Below, piece by piece: positions 26,389-36,018 of a DNA stretch of 44,783 nt. The notes beneath the pieces were generated by a model. That model saw nothing but the letters and a program-made list of their open reading frames with translations. It did no database searches and was not told the origin of the DNA. Source of the stretch: Candidatus Nealsonbacteria bacterium CG23_combo_of_CG06-09_8_20_14_all_40_13 (GTDB lineage: Bacteria > Patescibacteriota > UBA1384 > UBA12157_A > GCA-002773005); contig PCRM01000025.1 in the NCBI GenBank assembly GCA_002771215.1, positions 1 to 44,783 on the forward strand. The letters run 5' to 3'. Within the stretch, counting starts at the first letter, position 1. Each line of letters begins with the position of its first letter. The position numbers and the translations under genes were made by a program.

Positions 26389-29090
26389 AGCATATTGCCG
26401 GTAATTTGTAAAGTTTGGCCTCTTTTTAATTCTTCTTTCAAAATTTTTTGAGCAACTAAGTTTTCCACCTTTTCACTCATCGTTCGCACCAGCGCGCGCG
26501 CCCCAAATTGTGGGTCGAAACCAAGTTGGGCTAATTTTACTTTAGCTGTCTGGTCAAGCTCAATTTGAATATCTCGGTCTTTAAGCCGTTCATTTAATCT
26601 GCCGGTTAAAATATCAACCACCCCAACTAATTCTTCTTGTGTCAATGGCCGAAATGCGACCACCGCATCAAATCTGTTTAAGAATTCAGGTTTGAAGATG
26701 CCCTTTTGCAGCAATAGCTCAATTAAATCCTGTTTAAAACTGTTAACAGATATTCCTTGGGCAATTTTTTCGCGAATAAATTCGGCGCTGGCGTTGGAAG
26801 TGCCAATAATAATTGTGTTTTGAAAATTAACTGATTGGCCAGAATAATCTTTAGCTTTGCCTTCGTCCAAAATTTGCAGAAAAAGGTTTAAAATATTCGG
26901 GTGGGCTTTTTCAATTTCATCTAAAAGAATCAGCGAGAAAGGTTTTTCCCGCACTTGGGAAGTTAACAGCCCCTCATAATTTTCAGAACCGATAATTTTT
27001 TCAATATCCGGAATCTGCTGATATTCTGACATATCCAAACGAATCATATTTTTTTCGCTGGTAAAGTAGGCCTCGGCCAACGCCTTGGCGGTTTCAGTTT
27101 TGCCAACGCCTGTTGGTCCCAAAAACAAGAAACTGCCAAACGGTTTATTTTCTTTAGCAATACCGGCTCGGGCGCGGCGCAAGGACTCAGCAACGGCGTT
27201 GACTGCTTCATTTTGGTTAATAAGACGTTGGTGGAGAATTTTTTCAAGGTTAAGCAATCGTTCTTTTTCTTCCTTTTTAATTTCTCCGATGAGGATATGA
27301 GTTTTGGCTGAAATCAATTGGTCAATGTGAGAAGCAAGTAAAATATGGTCTGTTGTTTTGGTAGCCACAAAGACCAAAGCTTCATCCAACAAATCTATGG
27401 CTTTTTCTGGAAATTGGCTGGAGAGATATTTTTTTGATTGCTTGATAATTTCTTTTAATGCCGGATAGGTGGTTAAAACCTTGTTTCTTGCTTCCAGCGC
27501 CGGTGTCACTTCTTGTAAAATTAGCAGTGTTTCGTTGTCATTTGGTTCTTTGACTTCAACTTTTTCAATGCTGGCTTCAAGCGCGGCATTTTTTTCAATG
27601 TATTTATGGTAAGAGCGGAAATCGCAGGTGGTAATCAATTGCAAGTCGCTTCTTTGCAAGTAGGGGATAAGAAGTTGTGTGGCATTGACTGTACCTAATT
27701 TTTCCTCTGTTCCGCCTAAAATTCTTTCCAATCCGTCAATAAATAGAATAATATTGCCGGCGCTGCAGGCCTCATTTAAAACAGTAACCAGCAGTTTTTG
27801 CGATTGCTGTGGAGTTTGGGCAGCAGACAATAACGAATTGAGGTCAAGTTCGACCACCTTTTTGTAAGCCAAAGATTTTAAAGTTTTGCCAAATAAAATT
27901 TCTTTGGCCACACCTAAAACTAAAGCTTTTTTGCCGGTGCCCGGCTCGCCCACCAGCAGAATATTATTTTTTGCAGACCTGCCCAAAATTTGTTCTACAG
28001 TGCTAATTTCATTCTTATGTGCCTGGAAATGAACAATGTCAGGATAGGATTTAATCGCTTTGGTTATGTCAGAGGACAATTGCGATAAGGTTGGTGTGTA
28101 GCCCGCCTGCCATTCCTTACCGATTCCACCCGTAAAGCGTAATTGGCTAGGGTCATGATAGATTTTTGGCGGCTCTAATACCTTCCAATAAGATGTTTGC
28201 CAGTACAAAATATTTTCTAAATCTTCGTATTTCAAGCCAAATTTTTCAAAGAAAACAGGTAGTGCCGGGTGAATTAAAAACAAAGCTAAAAATAAATCGC
28301 CAGTTTCTATCTGGCGATGGCCCATTTTTAAGGCAATTTCCAGTGCATTTGATAATAATTTGTCTGGAAAATTAATTTCTAAAAGTGGTAAATGAACAAA
28401 AACCTCTGGTGAAAAACCGGCTTTATAGAGAATGAATCTGACTTTTCGCTCCTGAAAAATTAAATTTTGGAAAACACGCCAGCCGTTGGATTTTTCTAAA
28501 ATTAATTTGGCCGCATAATCAAGATAATCGGTTATGTCGACTTTTTGCTCAGCTTTAAGGCGGAATTTAAGCATAGTCAAGGATTCTTTAAAGGGGTTGT
28601 TTTTAGACGAGGTAAATAAGAATGCAATATATAGTATTATTGCGCTGGCAAAAGGAAGCGCGGCTATAAAGTAGTCAGTTTCAGGAGAAAATTTTAAATG
28701 CAATTTCATCCCGAAGAATAATCCTAAGGCCAAAATGCCCGTCGGCAATGGGATAATAAAATAAAGCAAAATCACACTGCCGGCGGCAAGGATAAAAAAT
28801 AAAGTGGTGGCTAGACCGGTTAGAATGGTGATTGTGCGGACAGAAAAACCGATGAATCTGGAGACAAAATTCATTAAAAAGGCCTGCCAGAGCTGGGAGA
28901 GGGAGGGATTGGCTGGCCGGACAACATCTCTTTTCCAGGGGGCGAAGAGATATCGGCCGAGTAGCGGAATTGAGAAAAATTCAAAGGCAACAATAATTAG
29001 GTATTTTAACAAGTTTATTAGCCCTGATAAGGCAGGGCCATATAACCAGTAAAAGTAGCCAAAAAATTTATCTTTTTTAAAAAATTGCAA
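26385..29090 (-). CDS. membrane-anchored ClpB/ClpC-like (Hsp100) AAA+ protein, NBD1 degenerate
   Basis: About 170 aa of multi-pass TM N-terminus, a Clp_N-like repeat, NBD1 GEPGTGKKA / ILFIDGLE, and NBD2 GPTGVGKTE / LILLDEIEKAHP / GARALVR. TTG start with AAGGAGG 4 nt upstream. Confidence 0.85.
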   Translation of the reverse strand: MQFFKKDKFFGYFYWLYGPALSGLINLLKYLIIVAFEFFSIPLLGRYLFAPWKRDVVRPANPSLSQLWQAFLMNFVSRFIGFSVRTITILTGLATTLFFILAAGSVILLYFIIPLPTGILALGLFFGMKLHLKFSPETDYFIAALPFASAIILYIAFLFTSSKNNPFKESLTMLKFRLKAEQKVDITDYLDYAAKLILEKSNGWRVFQNLIFQERKVRFILYKAGFSPEVFVHLPLLEINFPDKLLSNALEIALKMGHRQIETGDLFLALFLIHPALPVFFEKFGLKYEDLENILYWQTSYWKVLEPPKIYHDPSQLRFTGGIGKEWQAGYTPTLSQLSSDITKAIKSYPDIVHFQAHKNEISTVEQILGRSAKNNILLVGEPGTGKKALVLGVAKEILFGKTLKSLAYKKVVELDLNSLLSAAQTPQQSQKLLVTVLNEACSAGNIILFIDGLERILGGTEEKLGTVNATQLLIPYLQRSDLQLITTCDFRSYHKYIEKNAALEASIEKVEVKEPNDNETLLILQEVTPALEARNKVLTTYPALKEIIKQSKKYLSSQFPEKAIDLLDEALVFVATKTTDHILLASHIDQLISAKTHILIGEIKKEEKERLLNLEKILHQRLINQNEAVNAVAESLRRARAGIAKENKPFGSFLFLGPTGVGKTETAKALAEAYFTSEKNMIRLDMSEYQQIPDIEKIIGSENYEGLLTSQVREKPFSLILLDEIEKAHPNILNLFLQILDEGKAKDYSGQSVNFQNTIIIGTSNASAEFIREKIAQGISVNSFKQDLIELLLQKGIFKPEFLNRFDAVVAFRPLTQEELVGVVDILTGRLNERLKDRDIQIELDQTAKVKLAQLGFDPQFGARALVRTMSEKVENLVAQKILKEELKRGQTLQITGNML

Positions 29091-29227
29091 AAACCCTCCT
29101 TAATTCGTTTGCTAATTCTATTTTAACTAATTTTGCTGACAACTACAAGTTCGATAATTTATCTGTTATGATTATTAGGGATATCATACTTATTTATAAT
29201 GAAATCAGGCGCCGCAGGCATAAATGA

Positions 29228-29533
29228 AATTGGGGCGTTGTTTATGATTGCAAGACCAAAAAATCTGTTGAGAAAGCCGTAGTTAAAATATATGACGTTG
29301 CCTTCAAGAAACTTAAAGTAACCAGAATAACCTCGCATGCTGGTCAATACGGCTTTATTGTGCCGCCAGGCGATTACTATTTAGAGGTAGCCAAACCAGA
29401 TTATACCTTCCCTGCCAAGATTAAAGAAAAAAATGACGGTCAATATCATCAGGTTTATACTGGAGAAACGCTAACAATAACTAAAAATCAACCGCTGGTC
29501 AGCGCCAATATCCCAATTACTCGCACACAGTAA
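29228..29533 (+). pseudogene. carboxypeptidase-regulatory-like (CarboxypepD_reg) domain remnant without canonical start
   Basis: Hand translation gives WGVVYDCKTKKSVEKAVVKIYD...GQYGFIVPPGDYYLEVAKPDYTFP...TRTQ*. An in-frame TGA lies at 29225-29227. The first canonical start is GTG 29360, in the middle of the domain. Confidence 0.45.
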
Positions 29534-29568
29534 ACAATTAAAAAATGAGAACATATGGCTTTAAATGC

Positions 29569-29925
29569 TTATCTTAGGGCTACTTTGGCTTTATTAATAA
29601 TTGTAGCAAATTCTTCAGGATTATTGAGGGCTAAATCGGCTAAAATTTTTCTATCCAATTGGATATTAGCTTTTTGCAGGCCTTTAATAAATTGTGAATA
29701 TGAAAGTCCGGCGGCTCTGGTAGCGGCATTAATTTTAACAATCCAAAGTCGTCTAAAGACGCGTTTTTTTACTCGGCGGTCACGATATGCGTAGGTGCCA
29801 GCTTTCAAATACGCTTCTTTGGCCCTTTTAACTAAATTTTTTCGGCCATGTCTAAAACCGATTGTTTTTTTTAAGATTTTTTTGTGAGATTTTTTAACGG
29901 TTGTACCGCGTTTAACTCGTGTCAT
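29569..29925 (-). CDS. rplT: 50S ribosomal protein L20
   Basis: [19 protein letters not shown]...[24 protein letters not shown]. Confidence 0.95.
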   Translation of the reverse strand: MTRVKRGTTVKKSHKKILKKTIGFRHGRKNLVKRAKEAYLKAGTYAYRDRRVKKRVFRRLWIVKINAATRAAGLSYSQFIKGLQKANIQLDRKILADLALNNPEEFATIINKAKVALR

Positions 29926-29928
29926 TTT

Positions 29929-30135
29929 TTATCCTTGTCTACAGTAGGGAACTAATCTGGCAATTTTTCTCTTATCGGTCGGGCTGACATTTTCAACTTT
30001 GCCGCTGTTTTTTTTTGTTCGTTTTGATTTTTTTCTGGCTAAATGTTGCGATGTAGTGTGTCGACGTAAAAGTTTACCTGTTGTAGTGAATTTTAATCTT
30101 TTAGTTGCTGATTTTGAAGTTTTTAATTTAGGCAT
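29929..30135 (-). CDS. rpmI: 50S ribosomal protein L35
   Basis: MPKLKTSKSATKRLKFTTTGKLLRRHTTSQHL, in the infC-rpmI-rplT order. Confidence 0.93.
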   Translation of the reverse strand: MPKLKTSKSATKRLKFTTTGKLLRRHTTSQHLARKKSKRTKKNSGKVENVSPTDKRKIARLVPYCRQG

Positions 30136-30643
30136 TTTTAGAATCTCTGTTTTTAATTATTGTTGTAAATATTTTTTTTCCTAGTTTTTGCATCGGTTGT
30201 TCCAATTGACCACCTATTTCGTGGGCAAATTTTTCAATCATCTCTTTTGCTTTACCAAGGTATACAACTTCGCGTCCGACAAGTAATAACGATACTTTTA
30301 CTTTATTGCCCTCGTCTAAAAATCTTATCGCCTGGTGGGCTTTGGTTTGTATATCGTGTTGGTGAATTTTTAATGAAAGCTGAATTTCTTTAACTTCGCC
30401 TATTTTTGTTTTTGCCTTCTGTTTTTTTTGTTTTTTTTCAAACTCATACAAATATTTACCGTAATTTATCAATTTACAAATAGGCGGTCTTGCGTTTGAA
30501 CCAACTTCCACCAAATCTAAACCTTTGTCATAAGCTAAATATAAGGCCTGGTCTATTGAAACCTCACCCAACGACTTTCCATCCTCATCAACAAGGATAA
30601 TTGTCGGCGAGGTAATTTCCTGATTTTTCCGCAAAGTTTCTAT
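30128..30643 (-). CDS. infC: translation initiation factor IF-3, probable ATA start
   Basis: KNQEITSPTIILVDEDGKSLG...DLVEVGSNARPPICKLINYGKYLYEFEKK. AAGGAG lies 7 nt upstream of the in-frame ATA at 30643. The tracked TTG at 30682 lies inside the upstream gene. Confidence 0.88.
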   Translation of the reverse strand: METLRKNQEITSPTIILVDEDGKSLGEVSIDQALYLAYDKGLDLVEVGSNARPPICKLINYGKYLYEFEKKQKKQKAKTKIGEVKEIQLSLKIHQHDIQTKAHQAIRFLDEGNKVKVSLLLVGREVVYLGKAKEMIEKFAHEIGGQLEQPMQKLGKKIFTTIIKNRDSKNA

Positions 30644-30647
30644 CTTG

Positions 30648-31385
30648 TTACTCCTTGGTTTTAATATTAGCACGGGAGACAATAATTTTCAAGGCTTCCG
30701 GCAATAATCTTATGCTAATCGGCGTTTTAGCGATTGCCTCATTGCCGACTTTCACCGGCATTGACTGGGTGGTTTCTATAAGCAATTTTTTACCTTTAAA
30801 TCGGCTCGAGTAAATATCTTTTTCTTTTTTGCCAAATAACCATAGAAAAAATTTTTTAAAGAAATTTTTCCCTCTTGATTGGTCGCTGATAATAATTTCC
30901 AAATCGCGAAAAATGCAAATCTGGCTGGCTGGAGTTTCAATAAGAAAATTAGGTGATTTAATCTTGGCCTTAAAGATTTTAGCGTTGGAGATAGTTGCTT
31001 TGGTTAAAAAATATTTCTTGGGTTCAATTTTCGCTATATCTAAAGTGCGTAGTTTGCGATATTTTAATGTCTGGCAAGCATCTTCAATGGTTGGCGCCCC
31101 GATTAAATCAGAAAGCATCGGCTCATCTAACGGCACCAACCCCAAAACAATGTCTTTGCCTAATATGTTGGACAAAATTTTAGACGTGTGTCTTTCATCG
31201 CCGATGGCAACAATTGTTGAGTAACCTTTAGAAATGCCAATTTCAGTCAATTCATCAACGCTGCGGGCAGGTGAAGGCGTGACAATTTCACCCGCGATGC
31301 CTAAATCGCTAAGAATATCCTTAATTTTCTGCTGCCTTTTTCTTTCCGATAAAGAATTTGGCTGTTCCATAATGTAATAGTACAT
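30648..31385 (-). CDS. diacylglycerol/lipid kinase-like (DAGK_cat fold) protein with degenerate GGDGT motif
   Basis: YSTIVAIGDERHTSKILSNIL sits where the family has GGDGT. The overall length and pattern are YegS/BmrU-like. This is a weak assignment. Confidence 0.45.
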   Translation of the reverse strand: MYYYIMEQPNSLSERKRQQKIKDILSDLGIAGEIVTPSPARSVDELTEIGISKGYSTIVAIGDERHTSKILSNILGKDIVLGLVPLDEPMLSDLIGAPTIEDACQTLKYRKLRTLDIAKIEPKKYFLTKATISNAKIFKAKIKSPNFLIETPASQICIFRDLEIIISDQSRGKNFFKKFFLWLFGKKEKDIYSSRFKGKKLLIETTQSMPVKVGNEAIAKTPISIRLLPEALKIIVSRANIKTKE

Positions 31386-31402
31386 TCTTAAAACTCAAAA
31401 GA

Positions 31403-31789
31403 TTATCTTACTGCTGGTTCTTCTGGCTTGTCCTCCTCAACTTCAACTTTTCCATCTTCTTGCTCAGCCATTTCGCTTTTGCCGACAAATAAAGCTTTGG
31501 AATGAATAATGAGGTCAGAGGTGGCAATACTGCCGTAAACTTTGCCTCCTTGTAAAATTTCCAGTTTCTCTGAAGCATTGATACTCCCCCGTACCTTTCC
31601 CGTCACAGTTACAATTTTAGCGGCAATTGGTCCCTTCACCGTAGCTGTTTCGCCAATGAGAACATTTTTTGCCGACAGCACCTCGCCGTCAACCCGGCCG
31701 TAAATGGCGATATCGTCTGCATCCTGTAGGGTTCCTGTTAATTTAACATTCGTGCCAATCACTGTGCCTGCATTCCCTTTGGCCATCAT
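31403..31789 (-). CDS. bactofilin
   Basis: Repetitive beta-helix pattern VKLTGTLQDADDIAIYGRVDGEV...VTGKVRGSI...GGKVYGSI with an acidic C-terminal tail. Confidence 0.85.
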   Translation of the reverse strand: MMAKGNAGTVIGTNVKLTGTLQDADDIAIYGRVDGEVLSAKNVLIGETATVKGPIAAKIVTVTGKVRGSINASEKLEILQGGKVYGSIATSDLIIHSKALFVGKSEMAEQEDGKVEVEEDKPEEPAVR

Positions 31790-31893
31790 TTTTTTCCTTT
31801 CTTCACAAATTTATGAATTATTATTAATTTAATTTTTACATCCGTAAGTATCAAAGTCAAGCGTTAGTAATAATAAATCGTTTTTTAACCGGC

Positions 31894-31922
31894 TTTACAT
31901 AAATTGACATTTATGTTAATAT
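31894..31922 (+). promoter_or_regulatory. candidate promoter of uvrA
   Basis: TTTACA (31894-31899), 17-nt spacer, TAATAT (31917-31922). Confidence 0.4.
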
Positions 31923-31942
31923 CTGCGGTAGGTTATGAAATT

Positions 31943-34768
31943 ATGAAGAATTCAATTAGAGTTATCGGGGCTCGAGTACATAATTTGAAAAATATCAATG
32001 TGGAAATTCCCAGGGATAAAATCACCGTTATCACTGGTATTTCCGGTTCTGGCAAGTCCTCATTGGCCTTTGACACGATTTACGCCGAGGGCCAACGGCG
32101 TTATGTGGAAAGTTTATCCACCTTTGCCAGACAATTTTTAACCATTTTAGAAAAACCTGATGTTGACCAAATTTTAGGACTTTCACCTGCCTTATCAATA
32201 GACCAAAAGAGCACTCAAAGAAGTCCGCGTTCAACAGTGGGCACAATAACAGAGATTTATGATTTCTTAAGATTGCTTTTTTCGCGTGTTGGCCATCCCC
32301 ATTGTCCTGCCTGCGGCCATATCCTTGCCAAAGCCACAGTTGAAGATATAGCTGATGAACTGCGCAACAAGAATAATAAAATTGTTATCCTGGCGCCTTT
32401 ATTTGAGAATCAGAAAGGCGAACATCGCTATGTTTTGGAAAGCATTAAAAAGGCCAAATATCCGCTGGTAAGGATTGACGGTACAATATTAGAATTTCCG
32501 GAAATTTTAACCTTATCATTGGATAAGAATAAAAGTCATTCTATTGAAGTTGTTATTGACCAGATAGATTTTAAAAAACCAGAGGAAGTGAAGCGATTAG
32601 AGCGCTCAATTAAAAAAGCATTGGATTTGGGTAAATCCAATATTAAAGCAGTTTTCAGCAACAATATCGAAAAGGTCTATTCAATCGCCTTTACCTGCCG
32701 CAAATGCCAATATTATTTAGGCGAAATTTCACCCAGTTTTTTCTCCTTTAATAGTCCTTCAGGTGCCTGCCCTGTTTGCCAGGGATTAGGGAAAAAATTA
32801 CTGGTCGAGCCACAATTAGTAATTCCCAACCAGCGACTGACTTTGAATGAAGGCGCCATCAGACCCTGGGCAAGATTGTTATCCCAGAGCAATTGGTATC
32901 ATCAAAGTTTAATTAAACTGGCGTTGAAATTTAATTTCAGTTTAGATGCGGAAGTTAAAGATTTGCCGGTAAAAATTAAAAATTTAATTTTGCACGGCTC
33001 GCCAGATGGCGAATTTGAAGGCATTATTCCCAATTTACAAAGACGCTACAAACAAACCGATTCAGATTACCTACGCAATGAGATAGAAAAATATATGGTG
33101 GAAACAATATGTCCGGACTGCCATGGCGCCAGATTGCGCAAAGATGCTCTCAATATCACCATTGATGATAAAAACATTATTGATGTATGCCAATTGCCAA
33201 TTACAAATTTAATAGAATTTTTCAAACAATTAAAATTAACCGAACGAGAAAAAACAATTGCTTCATCAATAATTCGTGAAATTTCACAACGGCTCAAGTT
33301 TCTTATTGAAGTTGGTTTGGATTATTTGTCTTTAAGCCGGTCAGCCGAAACTTTATCTGGCGGCGAAGCGCAAAGAATTAGGTTGGCAACCCAGCTTGGT
33401 TCGGCGCTAACAGGTGTAATTTATATTTTGGACGAACCAACTATCGGTTTGCATCCGTGCGACCAGGAACGCCTCTTCAGAACACTGGAAAAACTTAAGG
33501 AGCTTGGCAACACGGTTATTGTTGTGGAGCATGACCGCGGCACCATTTTGTCTGCTGATTACATCATTGATATTGGTCCTGGCGCCGGCCGCGCTGGTGG
33601 AAAAGTTTGCGCCATTGGTACTCCTTTGGAAATTATCAAAAATCCTCGTTCCCTGACAGGCCAGTATTTATCGGGTAAAAAAGAAATTGCGGTACCGGCC
33701 AAGAGACGTAAGGGTTTGGGAAAATTTTTGAAAATTGTTAAGGCCTCCCAGTTTAATTTGAAAAATATTGATGTCAAAATACCGCTAGGCCAATTTGTCT
33801 GCATTACCGGCGTTTCTGGTTCAGGCAAATCAACTTTGATTTACGAAATATTAGCCAAGGCCCTCTCGCGCCATTTTTTCCATTCCAAAGAAGAACCCGG
33901 CGCCCACCAAGCTCTTTTGGGCTTGCAAAATATTGATAAAGCTATTCACGTTGACCAGATGCCAATCGGCAAGACACCGCGTTCCAATCCGGCCACTTAC
34001 ACCGGTGTTTTTACACAAATCAGGGAGATTTTTGCCGCTTTGCCCGAGGCCAAATTTAAAAAGATTCCACCTGCTTATTTCAGCTTTAATCTAAAAGGCG
34101 GCCGTTGCGAAAATTGCAAGGGCGATGGCATGATTAAAATTGAAATGCACTTCCTGCCTGATGTTTACGTGCCCTGCGAAATTTGCAAGGGAACACGATA
34201 TTGCAAAGAGGCCTTGGAAATTTATTTTAAAGATAAAAATATAGCTGATGTTTTGGCAATGACTGTGCTGGAAGCCAGAGAATTTTTTAAGGACTTTCCT
34301 CAAATTGTCCAGAAGCTGAAAATCTTAAATGATGTGGGTCTAGGGTATCTGCCGCTTGGTCAGCCGGCCACCACTCTTTCCGGCGGCGAGGCGCAAAGAA
34401 TAAAATTAGCCACCGAACTGGCACGTCAGGAAACGGGCAAGACACTCTACATTTTAGACGAACCGACAACCGGGCTTCATTTTGAAGATATTAACAGGTT
34501 ATTAGTGGTGTTACAGCGCCTGGTAGATAAAGGAAATACGGTTTTAGTCATTGAGCACAATCTTGATGTGGTTAAAAGCGCTGATTATATCATTGATTTG
34601 GGGCCGGACGGCGGTGAGAAAGGCGGCACAATTGTGGCCGAAGGCACGCCTGAAGAAGTTTTAAAGGTGGACAAGTCCTACACCGGAAATTATCTTAAGG
34701 AAAGGCTTAATAAGGCAGGAAATACCATTGGCAGAAAAAATAATAACAGCAAAATTAAAGGCCAATGA
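31943..34768 (+). CDS. uvrA: excinuclease ABC subunit A
   Basis: [14 protein letters not shown], two GxSGSGKS Walker A motifs, LSGGEAQR signatures and zinc-finger Cys clusters. ATG 31943 is preferred. Confidence 0.95.
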   Translation: MKNSIRVIGARVHNLKNINVEIPRDKITVITGISGSGKSSLAFDTIYAEGQRRYVESLSTFARQFLTILEKPDVDQILGLSPALSIDQKSTQRSPRSTVGTITEIYDFLRLLFSRVGHPHCPACGHILAKATVEDIADELRNKNNKIVILAPLFENQKGEHRYVLESIKKAKYPLVRIDGTILEFPEILTLSLDKNKSHSIEVVIDQIDFKKPEEVKRLERSIKKALDLGKSNIKAVFSNNIEKVYSIAFTCRKCQYYLGEISPSFFSFNSPSGACPVCQGLGKKLLVEPQLVIPNQRLTLNEGAIRPWARLLSQSNWYHQSLIKLALKFNFSLDAEVKDLPVKIKNLILHGSPDGEFEGIIPNLQRRYKQTDSDYLRNEIEKYMVETICPDCHGARLRKDALNITIDDKNIIDVCQLPITNLIEFFKQLKLTEREKTIASSIIREISQRLKFLIEVGLDYLSLSRSAETLSGGEAQRIRLATQLGSALTGVIYILDEPTIGLHPCDQERLFRTLEKLKELGNTVIVVEHDRGTILSADYIIDIGPGAGRAGGKVCAIGTPLEIIKNPRSLTGQYLSGKKEIAVPAKRRKGLGKFLKIVKASQFNLKNIDVKIPLGQFVCITGVSGSGKSTLIYEILAKALSRHFFHSKEEPGAHQALLGLQNIDKAIHVDQMPIGKTPRSNPATYTGVFTQIREIFAALPEAKFKKIPPAYFSFNLKGGRCENCKGDGMIKIEMHFLPDVYVPCEICKGTRYCKEALEIYFKDKNIADVLAMTVLEAREFFKDFPQIVQKLKILNDVGLGYLPLGQPATTLSGGEAQRIKLATELARQETGKTLYILDEPTTGLHFEDINRLLVVLQRLVDKGNTVLVIEHNLDVVKSADYIIDLGPDGGEKGGTIVAEGTPEEVLKVDKSYTGNYLKERLNKAGNTIGRKNNNSKIKGQ

Positions 34769-35435
34769 CCGGCTTTGCAGGCGACAGCTGAAAAAGAAAA
34801 CCAGAAAGCTGAAAATCAGCAAAAAACTAAGAATTCCTAAAAGGTATCATGAAGAAGCTCTCACTAAGCAAGGTTTCACCAATATTGCTGGTTTGGACGA
34901 AGTTGGCAGGGGTGCTTTGGCTGGACCCTTAATTGCCGCAGCAGTAATTCTTTCAGTTAAAAAAATTTATAAAATAAGAGATTCTAAACTATTAAACAGT
35001 AAGTTAAGAAACCTGTTGGCCGCGAAAATTAAAAAAGAAGCCCGCTGCTATGCAATTGGCAAAGCCAGCGTTTCAGAGATTAAAAAACTTGGTCTTCAGC
35101 CGGCGACATATCTGGCTTTCAAAAGGGCAGTTAGCAAATTGAAAGCGAAGCCCGATTTTCTGCTCATTGACGCTTATACCTTGCCAGAGAGTGAAATTTT
35201 GCAAAAGGGGATTAAAAAAGGCGATTTAATTTGTACGAGCATATCGGCGGCATCAATTGTTGCCAAAGATTATCGCGATAAATTAATGATTAAATTGCAT
35301 AAAAAATATCCTCATTACCGATTTGATTTGCATAAAGGTTATGGCACTGCTTTGCATTTAGAACGACTCAAACAATATGGACCGTCTAAAATTCACCGTC
35401 AAAACTTTGCTCCCGTAAAAAACTTGACATTTTAA
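34728..35435 (+). CDS. rnhB: ribonuclease HII
   Basis: IAGLDEVGRGALAGPLIAAAVIL and a basic N-terminal extension. The TTG start overlaps the uvrA 3' end by 41 nt, and the start is uncertain. Confidence 0.88.
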   Translation: MAEKIITAKLKANDRLCRRQLKKKTRKLKISKKLRIPKRYHEEALTKQGFTNIAGLDEVGRGALAGPLIAAAVILSVKKIYKIRDSKLLNSKLRNLLAAKIKKEARCYAIGKASVSEIKKLGLQPATYLAFKRAVSKLKAKPDFLLIDAYTLPESEILQKGIKKGDLICTSISAASIVAKDYRDKLMIKLHKKYPHYRFDLHKGYGTALHLERLKQYGPSKIHRQNFAPVKNLTF

Positions 35436-35452
35436 GCAAAAAATGATATATT
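35424..35452 (+). promoter_or_regulatory. promoter of RNase P RNA, partly inside the rnhB 3' end
   Basis: TTGACA (35424-35429), 17-nt spacer, TATATT (35447-35452). The predicted TSS coincides with the start of the P1 helix. Confidence 0.55.
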
Positions 35453-35456
35453 TTAG

Positions 35457-35865
35457 GTGCCTTGGAAGACAAGACAGTGCCCCGACGTAACATCGGGGAG
35501 GAAAGTCCAGGCACCACAGAGTAGGATGCTCTCCGCATACATCTAAGATGTATGCTCTGGGCGGCCGTAAGGCTAGGGAAAGTGGAACAGAAACAAACAG
35601 CCACCCGACGCGTAAAGCTTTGGGCGGCGAAGGTGAAATCGTGAGGTAAGAGCTCACGGTCCGGTAGAGTAATCTGCTGGGCGTCCAAACCCCATCTGGT
35701 GCAAGGTAAGTGGATCCAATCATCATCAATCCTTCGATAAACTCAGGATTGATCCTGAGCAAAGTCGAATGGATCAAACCAACTGCTCGTTGGGATGTCC
35801 ATGGATCTTACCGCTTAGATAGATGCTGTTATAAACAGAACCTGGCTTATGTTCTTCCAGGGCAC
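35457..35865 (+). ncRNA. rnpB: RNase P RNA (bacterial type A)
   Basis: P4 strands GGAGGAAAGTCCAGGC and ACAGAACCTGGCTTA. P1 pairs GTGCCTTGGAAGA with TTCTTCCAGGGCAC. Also contains GGTAAGAGCTCAC. Confidence 0.9.
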
Positions 35866-35897
35866 AAAAAAACGTTGGCTTTGCGCTAGCGTTTTTT
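35866..35897 (+). terminator. intrinsic terminator after rnpB
   Basis: 8-bp stem acgttggc/gctagcgt (2 G-U pairs), 5-nt loop, an A-run before and TTTTTT after. Confidence 0.5.
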
Positions 35898-35910
35898 AGA
35901 TCAAAAACCC

Positions 35911-35939
35911 TTGACAAATTCATTATTTTATGATTTAAT
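35911..35939 (+). promoter_or_regulatory. candidate promoter for the small membrane protein gene
   Basis: TTGACA (35911-35916), 17-nt spacer, TTTAAT (35934-35939). Confidence 0.4.
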
Positions 35940-36018
35940 TGTTGTAGTCAGAATGATGTCGCGTATGAGCTAAAAATCATACGAGAACCAGTTCTGAAGC
36001 AAATCTTAACAAGAGAAG

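Noticed and set aside
29225-29227. In-frame TGA as evidence for an alternative genetic code (UGA as Gly or Trp)
   Set aside because: All long housekeeping genes are intact under the standard code. TGA also serves as a genuine stop for uvrA and the sugar transferase. A reassigned-UGA genome would show many interrupted ORFs.
29159-29347. 62-aa minus-strand ORF
   Set aside because: It is antisense to the much more protein-like CarboxypepD_reg frame on the + strand and has no SD.
35358-35777. 139-aa and 100-aa minus-strand ORFs (35358..35777, 35386..35688)
   Set aside because: They lie entirely over the RNase P RNA gene. The GC-rich structured RNA creates the spurious open frames.
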